A stretch of DNA of 64,000 nt from Oligoflexia bacterium (GTDB taxonomy: Bacteria > Bdellovibrionota > UBA1018), in assembly GCA_963758495.1 (NCBI GenBank), contig CAVWVI010000003.1, positions 1,472,001-1,536,000 of the forward strand. Reading direction: 5' to 3'. This document shows positions 1 through 9,188 of this stretch, piece by piece. Numbering within the stretch: position 1 is the first letter of the stretch; the number at the start of each line of letters is the position of its first letter. Below the pieces are notes generated by a model. It was given only the letters and a program-made list of their open reading frames with translations. It did no database searches and was not told the DNA's origin. The position numbers were made by a program, and so were the translations under genes.

Positions 1-2237
1 AGAAGTCTATGCGTCCCTATAATAATATCCACGCGACCCTTCTTAACGGCTTCAAGCAGACTTTTTTGGTTTTTAGGTGTTTTAAATCGCGAAATGGTTT
101 CAATGATGAGTGGATAATCTTTCAAGCGGGATTTAAAGGATTGTTCATGCTGTTGAGCTAAAATAGTAGTAGGAACCAGAACCGCCACTTGCTTTCCATC
201 GGAGACAGCTCGAAAGGCAGCACGAATTGCGACTTCAGTCTTTCCGTATCCCACGTCTCCACAGATTAAACGATCCATGACTCGTCCCGCTTCCATATCT
301 GCAAGAGCAGCGTCAATGGCTTTGAGTTGATCAGGAGTTTCATCAAAGGGAAATTTTGCTTCGAACTCCCGAAAATCTGCATCACGAGGAGAAAATTGAA
401 TGCCCGTACTTATTTTGCGTTTTGCATAGAGTTGGACTAAGTCAAAAGCAAGTCTTTTTACGCTTTCTCGTACTTTCTCCTTTGTTTTTGCGAACTGTTG
501 GCTTCCAAGGCGGTCCAGTGCGATGCTATCTCCCATGCCAATATACTTTTGAATGACGTTGAGTCGATAAACAGGAAGATAAAGTTTATCTTTATTGGCG
601 TATTCTAATGAGAGGAAATCACTGAGCGCACCCGAAAGGTCGAGACGAATAATGCCCTGGTATCGTCCAATCCCATGGTCGACATGAACAATAGCATCAC
701 CTATTTCTAAGTCTGATAAAGCTTGTAGTCCAGACCAGTCTTTCGCTGCGGAGCCACTTTCAAGAGTGGATACTTTACGTTGTTTTCTGAGATGTTTGGC
801 CCCTAGAATTTCTCCTTCTGTTAATATAACTAATCCTTCATCTGCCCAACGGAATCCTTCTGATAGAGAGCCAATACTTAATGTTATGTTGGAAGGCTGT
901 AACAGCCCCTCTTGTTTGCATGAAAGTCCTCTCCCCTCTAATAGAAAGCGAATGCGCTCTAGCTGACTTTGAGTAGAGGCAAGGATCAGAACTCTAAAAC
1001 CTTGTTTGATCCAAACTCGAAATTCAGGTTCTAGCTCCCCCAATGAATGGCGAGAACCATGAGAAAGATGAGTATTGGGATGGATAGAGACGCGATGCGA
1101 ATTTGGGGAATCATCTGATGTCGCAGATGCTAACTCCATTCGATCCATAAAAATGTGTGAGTGGTCCTGAATGGTCTTTTTTAAGGAAGGGCTCCAATGA
1201 AAAAGAGCTTCAATTGTGGGCGCAATGACCTCAGACTGTGCCGCTTCTGCTGAGCGTTTATTTTGTTCCTCTTGAAATCGATCCCATTCCTGTTGGCAAC
1301 TGAATGCGTCATTCCAAATCGTCCTATAGTCTACTGGAAGGTAATGCCAAAAGTGAGCAGGTTTGTCGTAAACAAAAGGTGCCCAAGAATCGCTATGACT
1401 TGGATAAATACCATCTCGGACGGAAGCAAGAAGAGGGTCTCGAATGGCACGAGAGATTCCCATGTCATCTGCTCGGCTTTTGATGCGTTCTCTGAGAATG
1501 CAAGACGTTGTTTTGTTAATCAGAACCTCTCGAGCAGGAGGAATAAAGACTTTTAAATAGAGTGCTTGTTCATGAGCGACTGCTCGTTGGGTGCTGGGAT
1601 CAAAAGAGCGTATTCGTTCGACGGTATCGCCAAAAAGCTCAATTCGGATAGGCCGGACTTGGTCGGGAGGAAAAATATCGATGATTTCACCCCTCACTGC
1701 AAAAGTTCCAGGGTCTTCTACAGGGTCTACCCTCAGGTATCCAGATTCCAGGAGTCTGGTAATAAAAGTTTCGCGTGAACCCAAACTTTGTTCTATTTGG
1801 ATGAGGAGAGACGACTGGAGAAAGTAGTTTTTCGTAAGAGTGGCTTGAGAAGATGCAGCAGGAGTCGTGATAATGATGTGTGGGAACTCATTTTTTGCCA
1901 AAGCGCTTAAAACTTTGATTCTTGCAAGCCGAGTTTGAAGCGAAAGAGAGATGGGGCTGTATGGAGATTGTTCCCAAGTAGGAAAATGGTAAACATTCAA
2001 ACTTTTTCCCTCTACTGTGGTAGCTAGACATTCTAAGTCCGCACAAAATTCACTAGCGATGTCATCATTAGGGCAAAGTACGACAAGGGGCCCCTGTTTT
2101 TCAGTCTGTTGTGTACGGACTAAGGAATAGCGTGCGACAATTAAGGCACGAGTGGATGCAGTGGTTCCCAGTATATGAGTAGGTGCAGCCTGTTCAGTGA
2201 TAGAACGGAGAAGCGAATCAATATTGCAGGAAACCAT
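1..2237 (-). CDS. mfd: Transcription-repair coupling factor, 5' part (runs off window edge)
   Basis: Manual minus-strand translation from ATG 2237: UvrB-like AVRGEIIDIFPP, RID VHVDHGIGRYQG and LYLPVYRLNVIQKY, helicase motif FDETPDQ...MDRLICGDVGYGKTEVAIRAAF. Absent from the ORF track because it has no stop in the window. Confidence 0.95.
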   Translation of the reverse strand, partial: MVSCNIDSLLRSITEQAAPTHILGTTASTRALIVARYSLVRTQQTEKQGPLVVLCPNDDIASEFCADLECLATTVEGKSLNVYHFPTWEQSPYSPISLSLQTRLARIKVLSALAKNEFPHIIITTPAASSQATLTKNYFLQSSLLIQIEQSLGSRETFITRLLESGYLRVDPVEDPGTFAVRGEIIDIFPPDQVRPIRIELFGDTVERIRSFDPSTQRAVAHEQALYLKVFIPPAREVLINKTTSCILRERIKSRADDMGISRAIRDPLLASVRDGIYPSHSDSWAPFVYDKPAHFWHYLPVDYRTIWNDAFSCQQEWDRFQEEQNKRSAEAAQSEVIAPTIEALFHWSPSLKKTIQDHSHIFMDRMELASATSDDSPNSHRVSIHPNTHLSHGSRHSLGELEPEFRVWIKQGFRVLILASTQSQLERIRFLLEGRGLSCKQEGLLQPSNITLSIGSLSEGFRWADEGLVILTEGEILGAKHLRKQRKVSTLESGSAAKDWSGLQALSDLEIGDAIVHVDHGIGRYQGIIRLDLSGALSDFLSLEYANKDKLYLPVYRLNVIQKYIGMGDSIALDRLGSQQFAKTKEKVRESVKRLAFDLVQLYAKRKISTGIQFSPRDADFREFEAKFPFDETPDQLKAIDAALADMEAGRVMDRLICGDVGYGKTEVAIRAAFRAVSDGKQVAVLVPTTILAQQHEQSFKSRLKDYPLIIETISRFKTPKNQKSLLEAVKKGRVDIIIGTHRL

Positions 2238-2285
2238 AGGTTGCAATCTACTTACCTTGACACAAAATTTCAACTTCAGTAACCT
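2238..2285. promoter_or_regulatory. Overlapping divergent sigma70-type promoters (mfd / nuo cluster 1)
   Basis: Plus strand: TTGACA (2257-2262), 17 nt, TAACCT (2280-2285), then GGAG at 2300 before ATG 2306. Minus strand: TTGAAA (2273-2268), 17 nt, TAGATT (2250-2245), 7 nt before the mfd ATG. Confidence 0.65.
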
Positions 2286-2305
2286 TTTCGCAAACTATCG
2301 GAGAT

Positions 2306-2734
2306 ATGCTAATCATGAGGAGTTGGGATTCCTATTATATCGTATTTTTGGCTGCAATTCTATCGCTGGGGATTCCGGCTAGCCTAGCTGCGATTTCATA
2401 TGTCTTTTTTAATAAAAATAGAGGCAAAGCCTTCAATCTACCTAAAGTTCAAGGCGCTAAACCTAACCGAACGATTCTAGGCCAAAGAATAAATGTCCGC
2501 TTTTTTTTGGCGGCTAATGCCGCATTGATCTTGATTACATTAGCATTAGAGCTGATACCTTGTGCAATTACCCTTAAATCTGAGAATCGAGAGGGATTAA
2601 TAAAAGGCTTAGTCGCAATAGTGACTCTAGCGGGATTTGCTGTATTAGGGTTACTCTACTCAGTGAGGAAGGGTGATATGGGTTGGTTGAGTTCATTTCA
2701 AATGGAAATTCGAAAAGAAAAGAAGAGCGATTAG
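2306..2734 (+). CDS. nuoA: NuoA-like subunit, divergent (cluster 1)
   Basis: Three hydrophobic segments; RINVRFFL and RKGDMGW align to RISVRFYL and KKGALEW of copy 2; FDVE motif lost. Confidence 0.75.
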   Translation: MLIMRSWDSYYIVFLAAILSLGIPASLAAISYVFFNKNRGKAFNLPKVQGAKPNRTILGQRINVRFFLAANAALILITLALELIPCAITLKSENREGLIKGLVAIVTLAGFAVLGLLYSVRKGDMGWLSSFQMEIRKEKKSD

Positions 2735-2737
2735 TTC

Positions 2738-3211
2738 ATGAAAGGATCCTTTTATTTATCAACCGTGGGTAGGCTTTTGAAATGGGCGAGTTCTCGTTCT
2801 CTTTGGTATTTGTCAACGGGGGGTGGGTGTTGCGCAGATGAGGTATTGAGCGCTATGGGTTGCAGATATGATTTGGAGAGATTCGGATGTCTACCCCAGG
2901 TCGATCCGCGACAAGCAGATTTGCTCATAGTTTGTGGGATGGTTTCCTATAAAGTGGCTCCGCATTTGAAGAGTCTTTATGATGCCATGCTTGCTCCGAA
3001 ATATGTTTTAGCGGTGGGGGCATGTGCGAATTGTGGTGGAGCATTCTCTCCCGAGTTCAGTTATTCGGTCGTTCCAGGTGTAGATCGGGTTATTCCTGTG
3101 GACGTCTATGTGCCCGGCTGTCCGCCTAGACCAGAAGCAATTATGAATGGGTTAATAGCCTTACAGGAAAAAATTTGTGGACAAGAATTCTCTCATCGCG
3201 AAGTTAAATAA
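2738..3211 (+). CDS. nuoB: NuoB-like subunit (cluster 1), N2 ligands intact
   Basis: [43 protein letters not shown]. Confidence 0.92.
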   Translation: MKGSFYLSTVGRLLKWASSRSLWYLSTGGGCCADEVLSAMGCRYDLERFGCLPQVDPRQADLLIVCGMVSYKVAPHLKSLYDAMLAPKYVLAVGACANCGGAFSPEFSYSVVPGVDRVIPVDVYVPGCPPRPEAIMNGLIALQEKICGQEFSHREVK

Positions 3212-3719
3212 AACAGTTCCAGGGGCTATCCTTGAAAGTAGACGTTTTGGGCGCTCTGACCTTTCATCGATTTGGATTGAAGGGCAAGTGATCCAGAAGG
3301 TTGCTTTTGCCTTAAAGTCCTGGGTTGAAGTCAAGATAGACTGGTTGGAGAATTTATCTGTAGTAGAGTTTGATAAAGTATTGGTTATTACCTATTTCGT
3401 TCGTTCAACTTCTACAGGAGATAGTTTAGTGATACGAGCCTCTGCAGTTCCAGAGAGTTCAGAAAGTAGAGTCTTGTTTCCATCCATTCGCTCGATTTGG
3501 CCCATGGGAGAGCCAATGGAGCAAGAGGCTGAAGAAATGTTTGGAATTCAATTTCGATTGAATGAAGAAGATGGGGATTTACGAAAGATGAATCGGCTTC
3601 CTGAGGATTGGGACGGATTTCCATTACGAAAGAGTTATCTGTTTCCTGAAAGTTTTTTGGGAATAACGCATGCACGTACCTTGGATCGAACAAATCCAAA
3701 GAAGTTTTCTTCCTCATGA
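3177..3719 (+). CDS. nuoC: NuoC-like subunit (cluster 1)
   Basis: EQEAEEMFGIQF and LPEDWDGFPLRKSY motifs; position between B and D. Confidence 0.85.
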   Translation: MDKNSLIAKLNKTVPGAILESRRFGRSDLSSIWIEGQVIQKVAFALKSWVEVKIDWLENLSVVEFDKVLVITYFVRSTSTGDSLVIRASAVPESSESRVLFPSIRSIWPMGEPMEQEAEEMFGIQFRLNEEDGDLRKMNRLPEDWDGFPLRKSYLFPESFLGITHARTLDRTNPKKFSSS

Positions 3720-4852
3720 AACAGAACTCGAGGGACGCCCTAAAAACGGATTTAACTACTTGGGAAATTGGCCCCTACCACGGAGCGTTGCCTGCGCCGA
3801 TGAGGTTGCAGTTGAGTTTAGATGGTGAGATTATTGCGTCTTGTAAAGTTGAAACAGGATTTTTGCATAGAGGTTTAGAAAAGGCATGTGAGCTACATAC
3901 TTGGCATTCTACAGTGGCCTATGCAGATCATTTGGATCCGGAGGTTTCATTATTTGGAGAGCTTGCTGTTTGCTTAGCTGTTGAGGAAATCGCGAATATT
4001 GAAGTTCCTAAAAGAGCACAAAATATTCGACTTATTTTATCTGAGCTTACACGAATGTCCGCCCATCTTTATTACATGGTGCGAATGGCCAAATCCGTAG
4101 GTTCTGAAACTATTATTCACTATGTACTGAGAGACCGTGAGAAAATTTTGGATTTGTTTGAGTTACTCACCGGTGCTCGGTTTTCATTAAACTTCCTCCG
4201 TTTCGGAGGCGTGAGTGCCGACGTAACTGATGGTTTTATTGAACGAGTTTTAGAGACGTGCGAAATAATTCGAATTCGCATGAAAGAATATAACGATTTA
4301 TTTACTTTTAATCATATTTTTTTAAAGAGAACCGCTTATGTCGGGACCTTGCCTGCAAACTTGGTTCGTTCCTGTGGCATTACAGGTCCCAATGCTCGAG
4401 CCTCAGGAATTTCAAATGATGTTAGAAAAAGCAATCCTTATATGGGCTATGATCAAATAGAATTTACAATCCCTTTAGGAAGAGGCGAAGAAGGATATCT
4501 GGGTGATGTTCATGATCGATTCATCTTACGGCTGAGAGAGTTAACGCAAAGTATAGAAATTCTTAAACAGTTGGTAAATGCAGTTCCAGGCGGAGCATTT
4601 CTTAATCGAGAATTAGGAAAAGAATATGTGGTCCCAGCAGGCGAAGCTTACTCAAGGATCGAGAGTTCTAGGGGTTTGTTAGGATGCCATGTAGTGTCAG
4701 ATGGAAGAGAGTGTCCGAGTAGAATTCAGTTTCGAACACCTACTGTTGCCGTTCTAATGGCTATTCCAAAGTTAATTACAGGAATTAGGATTGAAGATCT
4801 TCCCGTTGTTTTGGCAAGTTTGGATTTAGGAATTGCAGAGGCAGATCGATGA
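3716..4852 (+). CDS. nuoD: NuoD-like subunit (cluster 1), quinone-site residues altered
   Basis: GFLHRGLEK, ELLTGARF, GPNARASG, GEAYSRIESSRG, C-terminal EADR; no NiFe CxxC motifs. Confidence 0.9.
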   Translation: MKQNSRDALKTDLTTWEIGPYHGALPAPMRLQLSLDGEIIASCKVETGFLHRGLEKACELHTWHSTVAYADHLDPEVSLFGELAVCLAVEEIANIEVPKRAQNIRLILSELTRMSAHLYYMVRMAKSVGSETIIHYVLRDREKILDLFELLTGARFSLNFLRFGGVSADVTDGFIERVLETCEIIRIRMKEYNDLFTFNHIFLKRTAYVGTLPANLVRSCGITGPNARASGISNDVRKSNPYMGYDQIEFTIPLGRGEEGYLGDVHDRFILRLRELTQSIEILKQLVNAVPGGAFLNRELGKEYVVPAGEAYSRIESSRGLLGCHVVSDGRECPSRIQFRTPTVAVLMAIPKLITGIRIEDLPVVLASLDLGIAEADR

Positions 4853-5928
4853 CAAATCCGACGGTTTCCTGGATGGTTGCTTGGTGTGGTCTTTTTGGAA
4901 TTCGTACTGATTTGCCTGAAGCAGTTTATACTTTACTTGCTTTAATTTGCACCTATTGTTTTGTGGTAGTGCCCTCTGGTGGGGTGATGCTTTATTTGGA
5001 GCGTAAATTAAGTGCTGATCTTCAAGCCCGCGTGGGTCCAAAAAGAAGCGGCCCAGTGGGGATGCTACAACCCCTTGTCGATTTATTAAAATTATTACAA
5101 AAGGAAACTCGTGAAGAATGGAGTTGGCAAGAGAATGTCTGGTTGAGTATTTATACCATGGCGCTCTATTCAACGGTTGCAGTCATGCCGTTGGGTTCGT
5201 TAGCTCTTTTAGTAAATACTGAAATGAGTTCATTCATTCCTTTTTGGGCTGCTTTAGTTTTAGCCCTGGGCACGATGTTGTTAGGCTTGAGTCAAGGTTC
5301 GGTTCCTGGATGGTTTGGGGGAATTCGAGTTGCCGCGCAAACTCTTGCAGGATCATTCCCTGCTCTGATTGCATTTATCTGTACAGGTGTTCGCGCTAGT
5401 AGTTTTCGTTGGAGCGTGCTTGCAGAATCGCAAAGATTTGCCCCTTGGCACTGGACTCTTTTTTCTAATCCCTTTCAGACTTTGGCGTTTATTATTTTTG
5501 TGTTGAGTGGACTCGTATTGTTAGCGGTACCTCCTTTGGATGGAGGTCTTTCGATGTCTGATATTCATGGAGGAGTTTCATCTCATCTTTATGGGAGGCG
5601 ACTCAGCTTATTCAGGTTTGGAAGATTTTATGGTTTTTTCTTTTGGTCAGTGATCACCGTTGTTTTATTTCTAGGGGCATGGGCTTTACCTTTTGGCCTT
5701 TCAGAATGGCTGAAAAGAAATGAATTATTTGCCCCATTAGGGTTTTTAGAATTGATTTGGTTATTATTGAAGACGTTTGCTCTCATGCTCCTTGTGATTT
5801 GGATTGCACGAGTGAACTCTAGAAGTCGAGTCGATCAGATTACAGATTTTTCCTGGAAGGTTTTGAGTCCATTTTCTCTAGTCGCTCTAATAGGTGCAAG
5901 TTTATGGGCAGGATGGAGGGCTTTTTAA
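4849..5928 (+). CDS. nuoH: NuoH-like subunit, divergent (cluster 1)
   Basis: ERKLSADLQARVGP...QPLVDLLKLLQKE and RVDQITDFSWK. Confidence 0.88.
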   Translation: MTNPTVSWMVAWCGLFGIRTDLPEAVYTLLALICTYCFVVVPSGGVMLYLERKLSADLQARVGPKRSGPVGMLQPLVDLLKLLQKETREEWSWQENVWLSIYTMALYSTVAVMPLGSLALLVNTEMSSFIPFWAALVLALGTMLLGLSQGSVPGWFGGIRVAAQTLAGSFPALIAFICTGVRASSFRWSVLAESQRFAPWHWTLFSNPFQTLAFIIFVLSGLVLLAVPPLDGGLSMSDIHGGVSSHLYGRRLSLFRFGRFYGFFFWSVITVVLFLGAWALPFGLSEWLKRNELFAPLGFLELIWLLLKTFALMLLVIWIARVNSRSRVDQITDFSWKVLSPFSLVALIGASLWAGWRAF

Positions 5929-6461
5929 TGAAAACTTCCATTTTTTCAATCATAAGAGCCTATGTCCGAAATGTTTGTTTAGGAGCATGGTCAATTGCAG
6001 GGTCTTGTATGACTGCATTTCCTTATATATTTAGATGGGGTGATCTTCGTAAAGAGGTAACAGAAGGTTATCCAGATCCTGTTTCCTCTAAAACGGCGGA
6101 TGATTTGCCTCAACGAAGTCGTGGCTTATTATTCAATGACATTGATCGGTGCACCGGTTGCAAGGCATGTGAAACCATTTGTCCGGCTCAATGCATTCGG
6201 GTGGAAGAAGAACCTGGAGCCGATACCTCTAAAACTTGGGTTTCTACTTTTGATATTGATTTTTCAAGGTGTATTTTTTGTGGACTTTGTGTAGAGACGT
6301 GCCAACCTGGATCTTTAATTCATACTCGCCAGTACGAAGGAGCAGCTTATAATCTAACGGATTTAGTGGCAAATTTTGGAAGAGGCCAAGTGACTCCTGA
6401 GCAACGAGAGAAGTGGGCTGCTTTAAGGCAACTCAGTGAGAACGATGAGGCAACTTTATGA
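5928..6461 (+). CDS. nuoI: NuoI-like 2x[4Fe-4S] subunit (cluster 1)
   Basis: CTGCKACETICP and CIFCGLCVETCQ; ATG overlaps the nuoH stop (TAATG). Confidence 0.9.
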   Translation: MKTSIFSIIRAYVRNVCLGAWSIAGSCMTAFPYIFRWGDLRKEVTEGYPDPVSSKTADDLPQRSRGLLFNDIDRCTGCKACETICPAQCIRVEEEPGADTSKTWVSTFDIDFSRCIFCGLCVETCQPGSLIHTRQYEGAAYNLTDLVANFGRGQVTPEQREKWAALRQLSENDEATL

Positions 6462-6952
6462 TGGAGTGGATTTTCGCAGGAATGACTATCTTTGCTGTCG
6501 TTTTGGCTACGTTTGCGAGACACACTCGCCATGCCATTCTAGCTCTTTGGGTGGCAGGACTCGGTGTGGGCGGGATGTATTTAATTTTAGGAGCAGAATT
6601 TCTAGCTATTATTCAGTGGATTGTCTCTACACTAGTGACGATTGCATTTATCTTTTTTTCCGTAATGTTTGGCGAGTATAATTCACCTGCCCCACGGGCT
6701 ATCGGTAATGGCTTATTGCTCACGCTCTTGTCAGTGGTCATCGGAGTTGGTTTTACGGTGGTCATTTGGTTAGGTGTTAAAGAATTACCCACAAGCTCCT
6801 TCATAGTAGAATCGGGTAGTAATGACTTGGAGCTCATGGGTCAAATGTTAACGCAAGAAAATTTACTTTCTTTAGAGGTTTTAGCACTGACTCTCTTCTT
6901 AGTTTTAGTAGGAGGAGGCGTAATCGCACGATTAGAAGGGAGTAATGAATGA
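6458..6952 (+). CDS. nuoJ: NuoJ-like subunit, divergent (cluster 1)
   Basis: Five hydrophobic segments, LGAEFLAIIQ, LSLEVLALTL; operon position. Confidence 0.82.
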   Translation: MMEWIFAGMTIFAVVLATFARHTRHAILALWVAGLGVGGMYLILGAEFLAIIQWIVSTLVTIAFIFFSVMFGEYNSPAPRAIGNGLLLTLLSVVIGVGFTVVIWLGVKELPTSSFIVESGSNDLELMGQMLTQENLLSLEVLALTLFLVLVGGGVIARLEGSNE

Positions 6953-7239
6953 TGATGCTAGTGGCCGGCCTAATCGGTGGATTAGGTTTAGTATGCATGA
7001 TTTCTCGTAAAAGCTTATTAGGTCTTCTTATCGGAGTTCAGCTTCTTATTTTGGGATCTACAATGATGTTCGTCATAGCTGGAATATTTTCGGGCTTACG
7101 AATTCAAGGTCATATTTTTGGTTTATTTATTACGCTTGGGGGAATAGCACAGTTAGTAGTGGGATACTCACTTGCCATCCGGTTATTTTTCTTAAAAAAG
7201 GGGATATCCATGAATAAAGTACAGGCGCTCAAACAATGA
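6949..7239 (+). CDS. nuoK: NuoK-like subunit, divergent (cluster 1)
   Basis: 96 aa, three hydrophobic segments, SRKSLLGLLIGVQL; operon position. Confidence 0.8.
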   Translation: MMMLVAGLIGGLGLVCMISRKSLLGLLIGVQLLILGSTMMFVIAGIFSGLRIQGHIFGLFITLGGIAQLVVGYSLAIRLFFLKKGISMNKVQALKQ

Positions 7240-9179
7240 CGATCCTTGAAAGTTCACCTACTCTTCTTACTATTTGTATTCTTTTCCTACTTTTTTTTGG
7301 GATCGTGATTATTTGTCTAGGAAAGGATCTCCCTGGCAAAGGAAGTTGGCTGGTTTGGGGTGGGATACTAGCAATTATCGCTTGTGTCGGCTTTGATTCC
7401 GGATTTTTTTTAAAACAAGCATTTAAAACTAAAATTTGGTCAGTGGGCTGGATTGGATTTCGGGGCGACACGGGTGCAATCACTGTGGGTATATTCGAAG
7501 ATCCAGTCGCTCTTGCAATGACTACTTTGGCGGCTCTTGTAACTTCGGGACTACTTTTGAATCATGGGGTGCTGTTACGGGAGTCTCGACCCGAGAGGAT
7601 TTATGCTGCGCTTGCAATTTCCACTTCAGGAGTTGCGCTCGCATGGAATTCACTCACTCCCTGGCTGATGTTCTCAGGGTTGAGTTTAACTCTTCTGGGT
7701 GGATTCGTTGCAATTGGATCAAGATGGGAAGTGAATTCAGAAGCACACTTAGGGATAAAGTTTATATTGGAACGGTCAGCAGGATTCTTGCTAGCTTTTT
7801 TTGGTACTTGTATTCTTGCTGCAAATCGTTCAGCGTTAACTTTAAACCAACCTCAAGTGTGGGAGGCTACTGCTGATCATTTGGGGTCAACATGGATTGG
7901 TTCTATTCTGCTTGTGGCGGGTTTATTTATACAAATGCAACCCTTTCCCTTCACGAGTGGGACAGCTACAAATTCACAAATCTATCCTCCGATTAAGGTC
8001 TTATTAAATCAGATATTCCCTGCTTGGGCGGTTTTTCCTTTATTGCTTCGATTGGAGCCTTTTTTTGTCAATCTAGGACTTTTTCCTCATTTTGGATGGA
8101 TCGCTCTAGGCTCCTCTATCCTGATTATTTTTTCAGGTCTTTTTCAAAATAAGTGGAGACAAACACTTGGAGCCTGGCTGGCCGCCGGTTTATCACTCTC
8201 TTGTGCCTTTCTTGCATTTGCGGGTCCTCTTGCAGCAATGGCATTGTTGTTAGGGGTGAGCTTAGGCGCTCTTTGTTTATCTGCTGCAGGGAGTGGGTTG
8301 GAAGATGAATGTCCTCAGAGCCATGGAAATAAAAAGCGTGCAGCTTGGGTTAAGGTAGGCGCATTTTTAGGGGCAGCGGCTGGGACTGGTGTGGTCGGTT
8401 TTATATCGGCGACAGGAGCAGTCCGGTGGATTGTCCAATCCATTAATTTTCCTGGTGTGATGACCTTTTTTCTTTTGGTATTTTTTCTATATGTATTGCT
8501 GAGTTGGAAATTAACTTGGAGCATTAATAAATTACGTAAATTTTCAAAAGTCTCGTGGTTGTCAATACTTTCTCTTTTTTTATGGGTATTACTCTCTTTA
8601 GGAGTAATTTGGACAGGATCTGTTACCGGAAGTGTTTTTCCCGGTGATTCTGATCGATTCCTAGGTTCTTTTTTTGATGAGTTCTTTGTGACAAAGTCAG
8701 TTGAACTTACCCCGTCTAGCGATTTTCTACTGGCCTCCAGTTTGTATTGGGGGACGTGGTTATTTGCTTTTGTTGCAGCTTATTGGACTGCGGGTAGAAA
8801 GGAAGATGTATGGGCCACTCTCGGTAAAGCGATCCCAAAAACAAGTAAATTTATCTCACAAGGCTATGGAATAACCGGGGCCATGCGCAGAGTACTTATT
8901 GGAGTTAAATGGGCTGGAGAGTGCGCAGAAGGTCTAATTGATCGAAGAATTTGGAATAATTGGATTCCTCGGGGATTATTTACGGGGATAAAAATTATTT
9001 CTGAACGAGTGAGTCAGATGGATGTTAGGTTATCTTTTGTATTAGGTAATGTCTTAAGAAAATCCGTCGAGATTCCTGCTAAAATTCTTCAATTGGTCCA
9101 AACAGGAGATCTGCAGTGGTATTTAGTTTTTGCTTTGGGTTCAGGGTTCGCGTTGTTGTCTCATTTTATAAAACTATAA
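7236..9179 (+). CDS. nuoL: NuoL-like antiporter-family subunit, highly divergent (cluster 1)
   Basis: 647 aa polytopic membrane protein; C-terminal QLVQTGDLQWY matches RLIQTGSIQIY of copy 2; operon position. Confidence 0.8.
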   Translation: MTILESSPTLLTICILFLLFFGIVIICLGKDLPGKGSWLVWGGILAIIACVGFDSGFFLKQAFKTKIWSVGWIGFRGDTGAITVGIFEDPVALAMTTLAALVTSGLLLNHGVLLRESRPERIYAALAISTSGVALAWNSLTPWLMFSGLSLTLLGGFVAIGSRWEVNSEAHLGIKFILERSAGFLLAFFGTCILAANRSALTLNQPQVWEATADHLGSTWIGSILLVAGLFIQMQPFPFTSGTATNSQIYPPIKVLLNQIFPAWAVFPLLLRLEPFFVNLGLFPHFGWIALGSSILIIFSGLFQNKWRQTLGAWLAAGLSLSCAFLAFAGPLAAMALLLGVSLGALCLSAAGSGLEDECPQSHGNKKRAAWVKVGAFLGAAAGTGVVGFISATGAVRWIVQSINFPGVMTFFLLVFFLYVLLSWKLTWSINKLRKFSKVSWLSILSLFLWVLLSLGVIWTGSVTGSVFPGDSDRFLGSFFDEFFVTKSVELTPSSDFLLASSLYWGTWLFAFVAAYWTAGRKEDVWATLGKAIPKTSKFISQGYGITGAMRRVLIGVKWAGECAEGLIDRRIWNNWIPRGLFTGIKIISERVSQMDVRLSFVLGNVLRKSVEIPAKILQLVQTGDLQWYLVFALGSGFALLSHFIKL

Positions 9180-9188
9180 GGGAATGAT

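Noticed and set aside
356..2382. Short plus-strand ORFs here and the many 60-140 aa antisense or out-of-frame ORFs across the window
   Set aside because: They are shadows of well-supported genes (here mfd) with no motifs or start signals.
2738..4852. Cluster 1 as a group 4 [NiFe]-hydrogenase or MBS-type sulfane reductase
   Set aside because: The NuoD-like subunit has no N- or C-terminal CxxC and no cysteines at those sites; gene order and sizes follow nuoA-D,H-N.
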